DNA of 64,000 nucleotides from an uncultured Verrucomicrobiae bacterium (GTDB taxonomy: Bacteria; Verrucomicrobiota; Verrucomicrobiia; Chthoniobacterales; JAFAMB01), in NCBI GenBank assembly GCA_963782115.1, contig CAWAIK010000003.1:64001-128000 (forward strand). The letters run 5' to 3'. How positions within the stretch are numbered: the first letter of the stretch is position 1; every line of letters begins with the position of its first letter. Positions 44,820 to 56,091 of the stretch are shown in pieces. Below the pieces are notes generated by a model that did not search any database, was not told the origin of the DNA, and saw only the letters and a list, made by a program, of their open reading frames with translations. Position numbers and translations under genes: made by a program.

Positions 44820-45739
44820 CCGTGATCTACGAAGCTTTTGCGATGGTGGTTGATTCAATGGCGATGCAGCATGCGAAATGGCTTGAGCATTGCTCGCGGA
44901 TCCCATGGCGTCGCCCTGTTCCGTCCCTGAATTATCTGCTTACGTCGACGTGCTGGCGGAACGACCACAATGGCTTCAGTCACCAAGGCCCCGGGTTCAT
45001 CGATAACATAGTGAATAAGAAACCGAGCGTCGTGCGAGTCTATCTACCTCCGGACGCTAACTGTTTGCTTTCCGTGGCGGATCATTGTTTGCGCAGCGGG
45101 AACTATCTCAATCTAATCGTGATTGATAAGCAACTTCAGCTTCAGTGGCTAAAGATGGATGATGCACGCGAACACTGCGCCCGAGGCGCCGGAACCTGGC
45201 AGTGGTGTAGCAATGATCAAGGCAAAGAACCAGATATCGTGTTGGCCTGCGCCGGCGATATCGCGACCCTGGAGACAGTCGCAGCGGCCTGGCTTTTGCG
45301 CCAGTATCTGCCTCAGCTGAAAGTGCGCGTGGTAAATGTGGTAGGCCTCATGTCGCTTTGCCCGCCAGATCGACATCCACACGGCATGACTAACGACAGT
45401 TTTATTGATCTTTTCACTTCAAACAAGCCTGTTATTTTCGCATTCCACGGTTATCCCGCGATCGTACACGGGCTTATTCACGGTCGACCCGAACCAGCGC
45501 GGTTTCACGCCCGCGGCTACATCGAAGAAGGCACGACGACCACCCCGTTCGACATGGTCGTATTAAACAAAATGAGTCGCATTCACCTCTGCATGGACGC
45601 GATCCGTCATGCGCCGGACATCGTCAATGCCGGAGAACTGTTAGCTAAAGGAGAAGCGTTGCTGGCGAAACATCGCGCCTATGTCCAAGAGCACTTTGAA
45701 GATTTACCGGAAATTAACGACTGGGTGTGGTCGGACTAG
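44820..45739 (+). pseudogene. xfp: Phosphoketolase C-terminal fragment (divergent paralog)
   Basis: [53 protein letters not shown]; first about 500 aa missing. Confidence 0.9.
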
Positions 45740-45777
45740 ACACAGCTAAATAAATTGTAGCAGAAAGTTTTAAATCA

Positions 45778-45828
45778 TGAGTAAACAAGAACTTGCGGCC
45801 ATAGCACAGGCTATGGTTGCTCCTGGCA
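45778..45828 (+). pseudogene. First 17 codons of a class I aldolase duplicate
   Basis: AGAAAGTTTTAAATC-ATGAGTAAACAAGAACTTGC..GGCTATGGTTGCTCCTGGCA matches about 56078-56143. Confidence 0.85.
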
Positions 45829-45832
45829 TGAC

Positions 45833-46738
45833 ATGAAAAAAAGCGACATCATTGAAAGATCACGCAAGTTCGCAGAGCATTACTGCGTCAGTAATGGTAA
45901 AGACTTCCGACTTAAGGATTTTGATCCTGCCGATACCGGCAAGGCAAGCTCTGAAGACAAACCAAGAGCAAAGGAACTGCTGGAGACCGGCATTCAAGCG
46001 CTCGCCCAATTGCAGGACGTGCTCTACGCGCAGGACCGGTGGTCAGTGCTGCTGATCTTTCAGGCGATGGATGCCGCGGGAAAGGATGGCGCGATCAAGC
46101 ACGTCATGTCCGGCGTTAATCCACAGGGCTGCCAGGTCTACTCATTCAAAAGCCCGTCGGCAGAGGACCTCAATCACGACGATCTCTGGCGCTGCATGAA
46201 ATGTCTGCCCGAACGCGGGCGGATCGGCATTTTCAACCGCAGCTACTATGAAGAAACGCTGGCCGTTCGCGTGCATCCTGAGTTGCTGGCAAAACAGAAG
46301 ATTCCGCAGCAGCTCGTGACAAAAGAAATCTGGGAGGAGCGCTACAATGACATCCGGCACTTCGAGCGCTACCTCGCCCACAACGGCGTCGTCATTCGAA
46401 AGTTCTTTCTCTATCTCTCCCGAGCTGAACAGAAAAATCGCTTCCTTGAGCGGCTCGATAATCCCGCGAAGAACTGGAAATTCTCATCTGGAGATTCGCG
46501 CGAGCGGGGCTTTTGGAAAGAATATATGAAAGCCTACGAGGATACGATCTGCAACACGGCAACCGATCATGCGCCCTGGTATGTGGTACCGGCGGACAAC
46601 AAGTGGTTTACCCGAGTCGTCGTTGCGGCGGCTGTCATCGGCGCACTCGCATCTTTGGACCTCCAGTATCCCGAAGTCATTGAAGCACAGCGCAATGCAC
46701 TTGCGGCGGCAAAGGAAGCACTGATCGGGGGCGACTAA
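45833..46738 (+). CDS. ppk2: Polyphosphate kinase 2 family protein (class III-like)
   Basis: FQAMDAAGKDG, GIFNRSYYEE, KNWKFS, APWYVVPADNKW. Confidence 0.93.
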   Translation: MKKSDIIERSRKFAEHYCVSNGKDFRLKDFDPADTGKASSEDKPRAKELLETGIQALAQLQDVLYAQDRWSVLLIFQAMDAAGKDGAIKHVMSGVNPQGCQVYSFKSPSAEDLNHDDLWRCMKCLPERGRIGIFNRSYYEETLAVRVHPELLAKQKIPQQLVTKEIWEERYNDIRHFERYLAHNGVVIRKFFLYLSRAEQKNRFLERLDNPAKNWKFSSGDSRERGFWKEYMKAYEDTICNTATDHAPWYVVPADNKWFTRVVVAAAVIGALASLDLQYPEVIEAQRNALAAAKEALIGGD

Positions 46739-47092
46739 GCTTTGCAGTATAATCTTAATCGAACCACATTCATGGCGAGATAATGATGCCGTCCTGGTCC
46801 CAATACTTCCTCAGTGCGAGCGGATTACGAAAGCCGAAAACAGGTGATCGATCAGGCATTAAGTCTCCATCTTGGCGAAAATCGCCGAGAACCCGAATGT
46901 ATATTCGTGTCAACAAGAACGAACTTTCACATGGGGGAGCGAAACCCGCTCTCATCCGCAGAGCTTCGACCGAGCAGCTGAATCAATGACTGAACTGAAT
47001 TCAGTTAAAAATGAACACCTTTCACTTGGCAGGCGAGCGGGAATCCGTACAGATTGAAGGACGAACAAAAAAGCGAATACAGAGAGGACCGA

Positions 47093-47440
47093 ATGGCAAT
47101 TACACGTGACCTGATGGATACCACGAGAATCCAGCGAACAATGAGAGTCTTTCCGTACGAGGAAGCCAAGGCAGCAACCAAGCGTTTCCTCGAAGAATCA
47201 ATGATAGAATCAGAGGTGCTCACGAACTGGGATTCATCTTTCGCGAAGTACATCGAGGAACACAAGAACTCGAAGCTTCTCTGCTGCTGGTACGCACAAG
47301 GTGTTGCAATCGTTTTCAGCCCTTCTGATCATCATGGTGTCTGGGCTATGCAGCGGGAAGGGATTACTGGGAAAGGGGTGCTACCCGAATATGCGCTGGA
47401 GATTGTGGAACGTATAGCTAAAGAAAAGGCACTAGCCTAA
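47093..47440 (+). CDS. Hypothetical protein
   Basis: GAGG RBS, ATG at 47093; frame conserved in the paralog at 36533. Confidence 0.65.
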   Translation: MAITRDLMDTTRIQRTMRVFPYEEAKAATKRFLEESMIESEVLTNWDSSFAKYIEEHKNSKLLCCWYAQGVAIVFSPSDHHGVWAMQREGITGKGVLPEYALEIVERIAKEKALA

Positions 47441-47934
47441 CGTATCCAAAGTTCTCAAAGATCAGACAGCCATCGGTATTGTCGCGCAGATCGATGAGCT
47501 TTTTGGCAGGCTCAAATCCGGCGTCTGGCTACTTTCTCGGCATGGCCTATGCCGTCGCTTATTCTTTCGGCATCGTATGCTATTGGTACGCAGAGTCTTT
47601 TCCATCGATGTCGATTTGGAGGCTAGAACCGTAGAGCTCACCGCCAATGCAAGTGGGCGGACACCGGATTTCATCGATCTGGAAGTTGCCGATGTGATTG
47701 CACTAGCTAGCCTGGGGCGAACTAGCAATGTCTCGCCGCCATTCTGCACTGGAGGCAGATAGGCGTCGATCTGCATGGTTGCATCTGAGGCGTGAACATG
47801 GGGATTGACTGACAAGGCAATGTTAGACAAAGACAATGCATATTCTGCGATCACTTGGGTTTCTAATTTCTAATGACGCCCCAGGCTAGTGCAATCACAT
47901 CGGAAACGCCAGCAACGCCTTTCAGCTATGAACG

Positions 47935-48165
47935 CGACCATCAAGAAGGAGACCAGGAATGACCGCGAGGTAGAAGACCAGGCGGATGTCGAGGTCGCAA
48001 CACGATGAGCAGCAAGACAGCGAGCAACGGACCCAGGAACGCCCCCGCGTTATCGCCGACTCCCTCGAGCCCGAAGGCCCTTCCTCTGTTCGCCTCGTCC
48101 ACTGAAGAAGCGATGAGCGCGGGGCAGAGCGAGCGCCGGTGCCGAGACGGTCCAGGAATCGTCCA
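47935..48165 (-). pseudogene. MFS transporter internal fragment
   Basis: GRFLDRLGTGARSAPR and ALIASSVDEANRGRAFGLEGVGDNAGAFLGPL in different frames. Confidence 0.75.
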
Positions 48166-48177
48166 CCCAGGCTTATC

Positions 48178-50456
48178 TGCGGAACGCACGTTATATCTAT
48201 CTTCGTTGGGGAGCACTCGTCAAAGTACATCAGCTCGATCAGCGCTACCCGGCGATCGAGGAGCAACCCCGTTTAGCTCCTACTAGGACAATGGGTACGC
48301 CGATTGGACAGCTGGATCTAGAGACAGTGATAAAGGCTTCCCAAGCGGTCTCTGGGGAGATCGTCCTGCAGAAGTTAATTGAGTCTCTCATGGTGCTTGT
48401 CCTTGAGCACGCTGGCGCCGAACGCGGCTTATTGATCCTGCCTCACGGCGAGGACTATCGGATTGAGGCAGAAGCCGGGAGCACCTCCGAAGGGGTGACC
48501 GTTCGTCTGCGGCAAGAGACTTTTACCCCATCTGAGCTGCCCGAGTCGCTAATTCGTTATGTGATCCGGACTCGCGAGCAGGTGATTCTGGATGACGCCT
48601 CGATTGAGAATCTCTTTTCCGAGGACGAGTACCTCCGTCAAAGAGGCCCCAGGTCAGTCCTCTGCCACTCGTGAAGCAGGCCAAACTAGTGGGCGTGCTA
48701 TATCTGGAGAACAACTTGGCGCCGCGGGTGTTCACGCTTAACCGGCTGACGATGCTGGAGCTGCTGGCCTCTCAGGCCGCAATCTCTTTGGAGCACGCCC
48801 AGCTCTATGCCGACCTCGCCCGGCTGAATGCTGAGCTAACGCAAGAGAACAGCGAACGAAAGAAGGCCGAAGAAGCTCTGCGTGCCAGTGAGGAGCGCTT
48901 GCAGGATGTCATAGACAACACCTCAGCGGTCATTTTCGTCAAGGATCTCAAACTTCGTTTCATCTTGGTCAATCACGAATTAGAACGCAGGCATGGTGTT
49001 GAGCGCGACCAAATCCTCGGCAAAACTGACTTTGATATTCTTCCTTATGATGTAGCCGAAGGGGTGCGTGCAAACGACCGGAGGGTCATCGAAGGCGGCG
49101 TGCCAATTCAGTTTGAGGAGGCGGTGCCCTGGGCTGGGGGCAAACGTTCGTACGTCTCCGCGAAAATTTCTCCTGCGCGACCAAACGGGAAAGCCGTATC
49201 CGGTTTGTGGCATCGCGACGGACATCACTGCCTTGAAGCACGCAGAGGAAATGCAGGCAGCCATAGCCCGCGAGCAGGAGATGTTTGCACGGCAGCGAGT
49301 TAGCGAGCTGGCGAAAGCGAACGAAGCCCTCCGGGGATGTCTGGATGCGCTCGCCTCGGTCCCGGAACTGGATGACTTCCTTGGGCAAGTCATGGCCGCC
49401 ATCACCCGGCAATTGGATGCTGTCTCTTCGTCGTTGCGAATGCTTAACCTCGAACAAAACACCTTGACCCTGGAGCTCGTCTTCCAAGACGGCCGTGTAA
49501 TGTCGCCTGCCGAAGCGAGCTATCCAGAATCCTCGCGATCCCTCTCGCCGGACGAACAAGGGGTCGCCACTTTTCTGGATCAGCCAACGACTGTGATGCA
49601 TATTCTCGATCCGCGTTCGCCAATTGCTGAAGCCCAGCGCTCCTATCTGCTTGGACTGGGTATAAAGACCTTATTGATCATACCTTTAAGCTCGGGCGGT
49701 CAGGTCAACGGCCGATTAGACTTTCGTTTTACTGAGGAGCGCACTTTTGGCCCGGAAGAACTCGAAATCGCTAGAGCCTTAGCTACCCAAGCCAGCCTGG
49801 CGATTCAACTCACTCGTTTGGCGAAAACCGCCAGGCAATCTGCCGTTCTCGAAGAGCGAAATCGGCTGGCTGGCGAGATCCATGATTCGCTGGCTCAAAG
49901 TTTTACCGGAATCGCCTTGCAATTAGAGCTTGCCCAAGAGGAAATGGTTGGAAATGAAGGCGGCCCCCTCGGCTATATTCGGCACGCCCATGAGACGGCA
50001 AAGTTCGGCTTGGCCGAAGCGCGCCGATCCGTCCATAGTTTACGATCAAGTGTCCCTCGTGAATCAGGATTCGTCACCGTGCTGCAAAGTTTGGTCGAAC
50101 GCTCGAATTTGGCGGGCCGGTTGCGTTGTGATTTTCGGTCCAACCGCATACCCGAAGAAAGCTTGCCGGCCACGGTACAGCATCAGCTTTTACGCATCGC
50201 CCAGGAGGCGATCAGCAACGCCGTTCGCCACGCCAAAGCGACCATCGTTACTGTGACTCTTCGCTGGGATCCACCTAATCTCATTTTGCAAGTGACAGAT
50301 AATGGATCCGGGATCTCCAGCGCTCGCCTTGAGAAAAGCGACGGTGTCGGACTGGGTAGTATGCGAGACAGAGCTGCGCAGATCGACGCAAACCTAGAAA
50401 TCCAGACTGCCGCCGGCCACGGAACAAGTATTATTGTGACTATGCCGATTGCATAA
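48178..50456 (+). pseudogene. GAF-PAS-GAF-HisKA_3-HATPase kinase; C-terminal remnant of a second hybrid kinase
   Basis: Starts LRNARYIYLRWGA (homologous to about 41997); frameshifts near 48667 and 49165; complete DNGSG and GVGLGSM motifs. Confidence 0.88.
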
Positions 50457-51104
50457 TGAAATCCGCTATGAAGGCAATAAATAAAATACGCGTTATGATC
50501 GCTGACGATCATCCGGTCGTGCTGCAGGGCCTGACTGCCATTCTCAGATCGGCGAAGGACATAAAAGTCGTGGCAGAAGCTACTGATGGCGAGCAAACCT
50601 GCCAGCTCTATGATCAGCTCTCCCGATGTTCTGATGCTCGATCTTCGGATGCCGACGAAGGATGGACTGGAAGTTGTTGCTGAACTGATGTCGCGCGCCG
50701 GCAGACCAAAACCGCGGATTATAGTGATGTCAACTTACGAGAGCGAAGAAGATGTTCGCCGCGCGTTACGGGCTGGCGCCAAGGGCTACCTGGTCAAAGG
50801 GGCAGGTGCTCAACAGATCCGGGAGGCTGTGCGGAAAGTCGCTGAATGAGAAGTTTTCCTTCCGGCGACGATCGCCACAAAACTTGCAGAATCGATGTCT
50901 CATCCTGAACTCTCGAAACGTGAGCTTGAAGTTTTGCAATATATTGCCAACGGCAGAAGCAATAAGGAAATAGGAACAATTCTCTTTATCAGCGAGAACA
51001 CGGTAAGGGGCCACGTAAAGTCTATACTGACAAAGCTGGACGCGATGGGCCGTACGGAAGCTATTGCCATCGGTACCCAGCGCGGGCTAATACAAGCGCG
51101 CTAG
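50456..51104 (+). pseudogene. NarL/LuxR response regulator 1, disrupted
   Basis: IADDHPVV, MLDLRMP, LSKRELEVL..SNKEIG; frameshift near 50620, stop at 50847. Confidence 0.88.
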
Positions 51105-51116
51105 ACTCAGAACTGA

Positions 51117-51740
51117 ATGGCGCATACTGCAACAGAACAGATACGTGTGATCATCGCGGACGATCACCCAATCGTTCGGGAAGGGTTAGCTGCAATTCTC
51201 GGATCGCAAGAGGACATCAAAATCGTGGCCGAGCTACTGATGGCGAGGAGGCCTGCGAACTCCATGATCAGCTTTCTCCCGACGTCCTTATGCTCGATCT
51301 CCGGATGCCGAAGAAGGACGGTCTACAAGTTCTCACTGAACTGATGTCACGCCGAGTGCCCGAGCCACGGATTATCGTGATGACAGCCTATGAGAGCGAA
51401 GAAGATCTTCGCCGCGCATTAAATGCTGCAGCCAAAGGTTACCTTGTCAAAGGGGCAAATCCTCAACAGATCAAGGGCGGCAATTCGGACGGTTGCCGCG
51501 GGACAATCCTTGCTTCCAGCGGAGATCGTTAAACTTGCGGAATCGCCGGCGCATTCTGAACTCTTGGAGCTTGAGCTTCAGGTTCTGCAAATATATACAT
51601 GGAGATAGGACAAATTCTCGATATCAGCGAAGATACAGTAAAGGGTCACATAAGGTCTATACTCACAAAGTTGGACGCAATGGGCCGTACAGAAGCCATT
51701 GCCATCGCTGCCAAGCGCGGGCTTATCCAAGCGGGTTATC
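51117..51740 (+). pseudogene. NarL/LuxR response regulator 2, disrupted
   Basis: IADDHPIV, MLDLRMPKKDG, KLDAMGRTEAIAIA; several frameshifts. Confidence 0.85.
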
Positions 51741-52197
51741 TTCAGGACTCTCTCTCATATCGTCCTCCGTTATCCTGAAGTGTTTCACTCTTTCTGGTGG
51801 TGAAGGAGTAATCGATTCGGGGTCGGGAAAAACCACTCGTTCTGGTCGGGAAAAGACCACTCAACCTGCGTATGGCGAGTGGGAGTGCCAGATGTTAAGA
51901 GTAAGGAGGAGATAGGAAGCACCAACGCGGGTGTGCTAACAAGAGAAAGGGAACCGCGCAAGAACATGAGGAACTCCTTGGGCTCGCCAAGAAGAATAAA
52001 CTTCCGAAACACGTTGTAGATTACTACCGACCATAATTTGAAGGAGACAAACGATGATTAGTGAACATGTGACGGTTGACGCGGATGGCACAAGGTTTTC
52101 GAGGCGCTTCGGTCCCGCAGCGCAGGGACACCTGAAAGCACTTTCGAAAAGCGACACCAAAAAGTGCCAGAATTATGCCAAGCCGCAGGCGGAGACC

Positions 52198-53163
52198 ATG
52201 CACATTCGGATGATCGACCTCAATCTGTTCCGGGTGTTCGACGCTATGATGCTGCATCGAAGTGTGCGTAGAGCGAGCCAAATGCTTTCGGTAACTCCGT
52301 CGGCGGTCAGCCACGCCTTGAGCAGGCTACGGCAGTCGATTGGCGATGAGCTTTTCATTCCCAGCGGGTTTGGCATGCAACCTACTCGACGCGCGCTTGA
52401 TTTGGCCTCGGGCGTTCGCGAGGGATTAGAGAAAATCGAATTGGCTTTGAGGGAGGAGGAATCTGTGCCGGCGGATGCTCTCCGGACCTTCCGCATCGCG
52501 GCGTGTGAATACGCTTGTATGGTTATTCTCCCGTCGCTTGCCGAACGGTTAGCTAAGAGCGCGCCGCATGTTGATCTGCGGGTATTTCCGTCCAATCGCC
52601 TCGATGTTGGTCGGCAACTTGAGAAGGGTCAGGCGGATCTGGTGATCGGCCGTTTCGACAAGCTACCTGAAGGCATACGTCGCTCAACTCTTTTGCGGGA
52701 GGACGAGGTAATTGTGGTGCGTGCTGGGCACCCGTTGACCCACAGTAAGTTAACCAAAGAAAGACTCATCGAATTTCCACACCTAGTCGTAGTGCTGACC
52801 GGGGTGGAGGAGAATGAAGCCAATGGCTTTACGAACGACGAGGGGGTGGCGCAACGAATCTGGATTGAGCGTGCCTTACACGAGTTTCAAGACGGAAAGA
52901 TTGATCCAGCCGGTCGTGCGGCCATTTGCGTGCCGCACTTTGCAGCGATGGCTCCTTTTCTCCAATTGACCGACATGGTAACGACGTTACCGCGCCGGCT
53001 TGCGCTTTGGGCCGCTGCGCAGGCTCCCCTCGTATTACTGGATCTGCCCTGCACATCGATGACAATAAACATAGAGATGCTATGGGACCAAAGCGCGGAC
53101 CGCGATCAAGGTCTCCAGTGGCTGGTAAACGAATTGGCTGCGTCTACGGTGGATCTCGGGTAA
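52198..53163 (+). CDS. LysR family regulator (NodD/LeuO-like)
   Basis: DLNLFRVFDAMM..RSV..A..TPSAVSHALSRLR; start placed at ATG 52198. Confidence 0.92.
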   Translation: MHIRMIDLNLFRVFDAMMLHRSVRRASQMLSVTPSAVSHALSRLRQSIGDELFIPSGFGMQPTRRALDLASGVREGLEKIELALREEESVPADALRTFRIAACEYACMVILPSLAERLAKSAPHVDLRVFPSNRLDVGRQLEKGQADLVIGRFDKLPEGIRRSTLLREDEVIVVRAGHPLTHSKLTKERLIEFPHLVVVLTGVEENEANGFTNDEGVAQRIWIERALHEFQDGKIDPAGRAAICVPHFAAMAPFLQLTDMVTTLPRRLALWAAAQAPLVLLDLPCTSMTINIEMLWDQSADRDQGLQWLVNELAASTVDLG

Positions 53164-53188
53164 AAACCAACAACCAAAGAGCAAAGAC

Positions 53189-53509
53189 GTGAAAAAGCAA
53201 ACAGTCGCAGCATTGTTAGTCAAGACGCTGGTTTTGGCGGGCGTGATACGCCTCCTTGGTGTCGCTGGAGATTCCCTGATCGGCGGCATAGAAACTGTTC
53301 GTGATAGCAAAGACATAACATGGATCCCACTACGCTACAAAGATGTGGGCGCCTTCGTTGCCGGTGCAGAAGCGCATCTGAACGAGTCTTTCCCATTGAA
53401 GACACCTGCATCGGCTTTAACCTCTCGGATTCGACTGAATGAATCTCAGTCAACTGCTGAATACCTTTCACTTTCGCAAGAGCAGAGTCTCTGGAATGAT
53501 TCCCGGTAA
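53189..53509 (+). CDS. Small hypothetical membrane/secreted protein
   Basis: Hydrophobic N-terminus; frame conserved in the paralog at about 44380-44610. Confidence 0.5.
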   Translation: MKKQTVAALLVKTLVLAGVIRLLGVAGDSLIGGIETVRDSKDITWIPLRYKDVGAFVAGAEAHLNESFPLKTPASALTSRIRLNESQSTAEYLSLSQEQSLWNDSR

Positions 53510-53563
53510 CCACTATGACAAACACAAACACAGATATTAAGTAGATTGCGGGAGGAAACTTGT

Positions 53564-56017
53564 ATGACTGAAGATCGACACAAAGAGATATCCGATGACC
53601 ACCCTGAAAACGCGATCTCTGCGTACGGGACGGCCCGCTCGACGGTGCAGGGTGCCCCGCTCAGCTCCGAGGAGCTACGCGAGATCGACGAGTACTGGCG
53701 TGCCAGCCTCTACTTGTGCTTGGGGATGCTGTACCTCCAGGACAACCCCCTGCTCCGTGAGCCGCTCAAGATCGAGCACATCAAGCCGCGCATGCTGGGG
53801 CACTGGGGCTCCGACGCCGGCCAGTGTTTCACCTACATCCACTTCAACCGGCTGATCAACAAGTACGACCTGAACGCGATCTACGTTTCCGGCCCTGGTC
53901 ACGGGGCCCCTGCGGTCCTGTCCCAGGGCTACCTCGAGGGCACCTACTCCGAGGTCTATCCGGACAAGACTGAAGATGTGAAAGGGATGCAGCGTTTCTT
54001 CAAGCAGTTCTCTTTCCCCGGCGGAATTGGCAGCCACGCTACGCCCGAAACGCCCGGCAGCATCCACGAAGGGGGCGAACTCGGCTACAGTATCTCCCAC
54101 GCCTACGGGACGGTCTACGACAACCCGGACCTGATTACGCTCGTGATGGTGGGCGACGGCGAGGCCGAGACCGGCCCCCTGGCCACAAGCTGGCATAGCA
54201 ACAAGTTCCTCAACCCGATCCGGGACGGGGCGGTGCTGCCGGTGCTGCACCTCAACGGCTACAAGATTAACAACCCCACGCTGCTAGCCCGGATCAGCCA
54301 TGAGGAGCTGGAGGCATTGTTCGTCGGTTACGGCTATACCCCGTATTTCGTCGAAGGCAGTGAAGCCGACAGCATGCACCAGGCGATGGCCGCTACCCTG
54401 GAGCACTGCGTTCTGGAGATCCGCAAGATCCAGAATGAGGCGCGGCGGACCGGCAAGGCGTCGCGGCCGCGCTGGCCCTTGGTCATTCTGCGCAGCCCCA
54501 AGGGCTGGACGGCCCCGCGGAAGGTGGACGGGCAATACCTGGAAGGCTTCTGGCGCGCGCACCAGATCCCGCTGCCGGACGTCCACTCCAACCCCGCTCA
54601 CCTGCAACTGCTGGAAAAATGGCTGCGCAGCTACGAGCCGGAAAAGCACTTCGACCAAGCGGGCCGACTCATCCCGGAACTGCGGGCGCTGCCGCCGAAG
54701 GGGACTCGACGGATGAGCGCCAACCCCGTCGCCAACGGCGGACTGCTCCGCAAGCCCCTGGACATGCCGGACTTCCGCACCCTCGGCGTCGACGTCAAGA
54801 AACCAGGAACAATCCAGGTCGGTAACTGCGGCTTCCTCGGCGCCTTGATGCGGGAGATCATGCGGCTGAACAAGGACAACTTCCGGCTCTTCGGGCCCGA
54901 CGAGTCACAATCCAACAGGCTCGACGCCGTGTACGAGGTCAGCGGAAAGGCGTGGCTCGGCGAGTATTTCCCGGAGGACGCTGACGGCGGCAACCTGGCC
55001 CCAGACGGGCGCGTCATGGAGATGCTCAGCGAGCACACCTTGGAAGGTTGGCTGGAGGGCTACATCCTGAGCGGCCGGCACGGCCTGATTAACAGCTACG
55101 AGTCGTTCGTCCACCTCATCGATTCGATGGTCAACCAGCACGCTAAGTGGCTGGAGAAGTGCAACGAGCTGCCGTGGCGGATGAAGATCTCCTCTCTCAA
55201 CATCCTGGTCAGCGGCCTGGTCTGGCGGCAGGACCACAACGGGTTCACGCACCAGGACCCCGGCTTCCTCGACGTGGTGGCGAATAAGAGCCCCAGCATC
55301 GTGCGCATCTACCTGCCGCCCGACGCCAACTGCCTGCTCTCGGTCGGCGACCACTGCTTCCGCAGCGAGAACTACATCAACGTCATCGTCGCGGACAAGC
55401 AGCCGCAAGACATGCAGTACCTGGACATGGAGGCGGCGATCGCCCACTGTACCAAGGGCCTGGGCATCTGGAACTGGGCGAGCAACGACCAGGGGACCGA
55501 GCCCGACGTGGTGCTGGCGAGCTGCGGCGACGTGCCGACGGTGGAATGTTTGGCCGCCACCGCCCTGCTGCGGGAGCACCTCCCCGACGTGAAGGTCCGG
55601 GTCGTGAACGTCGTGGACCTGTTCAAGTTGCTGCCCAGCACTGAACATCCGCACGGCATGACGGACCGCGATTTCGAGGCCGTCTTCACGCCGGACAGGC
55701 CGGTGGTCTTTACCTTCCACGGATACCCTGGGCTGATCCACCGACTCACCTACAGGCGGCCGAGCCAGCACAACATCCACGTGCGCGGCTACAAGGAGCA
55801 CGGCAACATCAATACGCCGCTGGAGCTGGCCATCCGCAACGAGACCGACCGCTTCACCCTGGCCATGGATGCCATCGACCGCATCCCCCGCTTGCGCGTC
55901 AGCGCGGCCGGCCTCCGCGATGAACTGGCCAACCAGCGGATCGCGTGCGAACAGCATGCTTATCGGTTCGGCATCGACCGACCAGACATCACAGACTGGA
56001 AGTGGCCTTACGAATAA
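53564..56017 (+). CDS. xfp: Xylulose-5-P/fructose-6-P phosphoketolase
   Basis: [47 protein letters not shown] before ATG 53564. Confidence 0.97.
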   Translation: MTEDRHKEISDDHPENAISAYGTARSTVQGAPLSSEELREIDEYWRASLYLCLGMLYLQDNPLLREPLKIEHIKPRMLGHWGSDAGQCFTYIHFNRLINKYDLNAIYVSGPGHGAPAVLSQGYLEGTYSEVYPDKTEDVKGMQRFFKQFSFPGGIGSHATPETPGSIHEGGELGYSISHAYGTVYDNPDLITLVMVGDGEAETGPLATSWHSNKFLNPIRDGAVLPVLHLNGYKINNPTLLARISHEELEALFVGYGYTPYFVEGSEADSMHQAMAATLEHCVLEIRKIQNEARRTGKASRPRWPLVILRSPKGWTAPRKVDGQYLEGFWRAHQIPLPDVHSNPAHLQLLEKWLRSYEPEKHFDQAGRLIPELRALPPKGTRRMSANPVANGGLLRKPLDMPDFRTLGVDVKKPGTIQVGNCGFLGALMREIMRLNKDNFRLFGPDESQSNRLDAVYEVSGKAWLGEYFPEDADGGNLAPDGRVMEMLSEHTLEGWLEGYILSGRHGLINSYESFVHLIDSMVNQHAKWLEKCNELPWRMKISSLNILVSGLVWRQDHNGFTHQDPGFLDVVANKSPSIVRIYLPPDANCLLSVGDHCFRSENYINVIVADKQPQDMQYLDMEAAIAHCTKGLGIWNWASNDQGTEPDVVLASCGDVPTVECLAATALLREHLPDVKVRVVNVVDLFKLLPSTEHPHGMTDRDFEAVFTPDRPVVFTFHGYPGLIHRLTYRRPSQHNIHVRGYKEHGNINTPLELAIRNETDRFTLAMDAIDRIPRLRVSAAGLRDELANQRIACEQHAYRFGIDRPDITDWKWPYE

Positions 56018-56091
56018 GCAATTAGAAGCAGGCCGGGAAGAGACAAATCCTTCCAGAACAAACTAACAATTATACTAGAAGTTTTTAAATC

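Noticed and set aside
53595..55957. Long antisense and alternate-frame ORFs over xfp (and similar ones over other GC-rich genes)
   Set aside because: Expected shadow ORFs from high GC3 codon bias.
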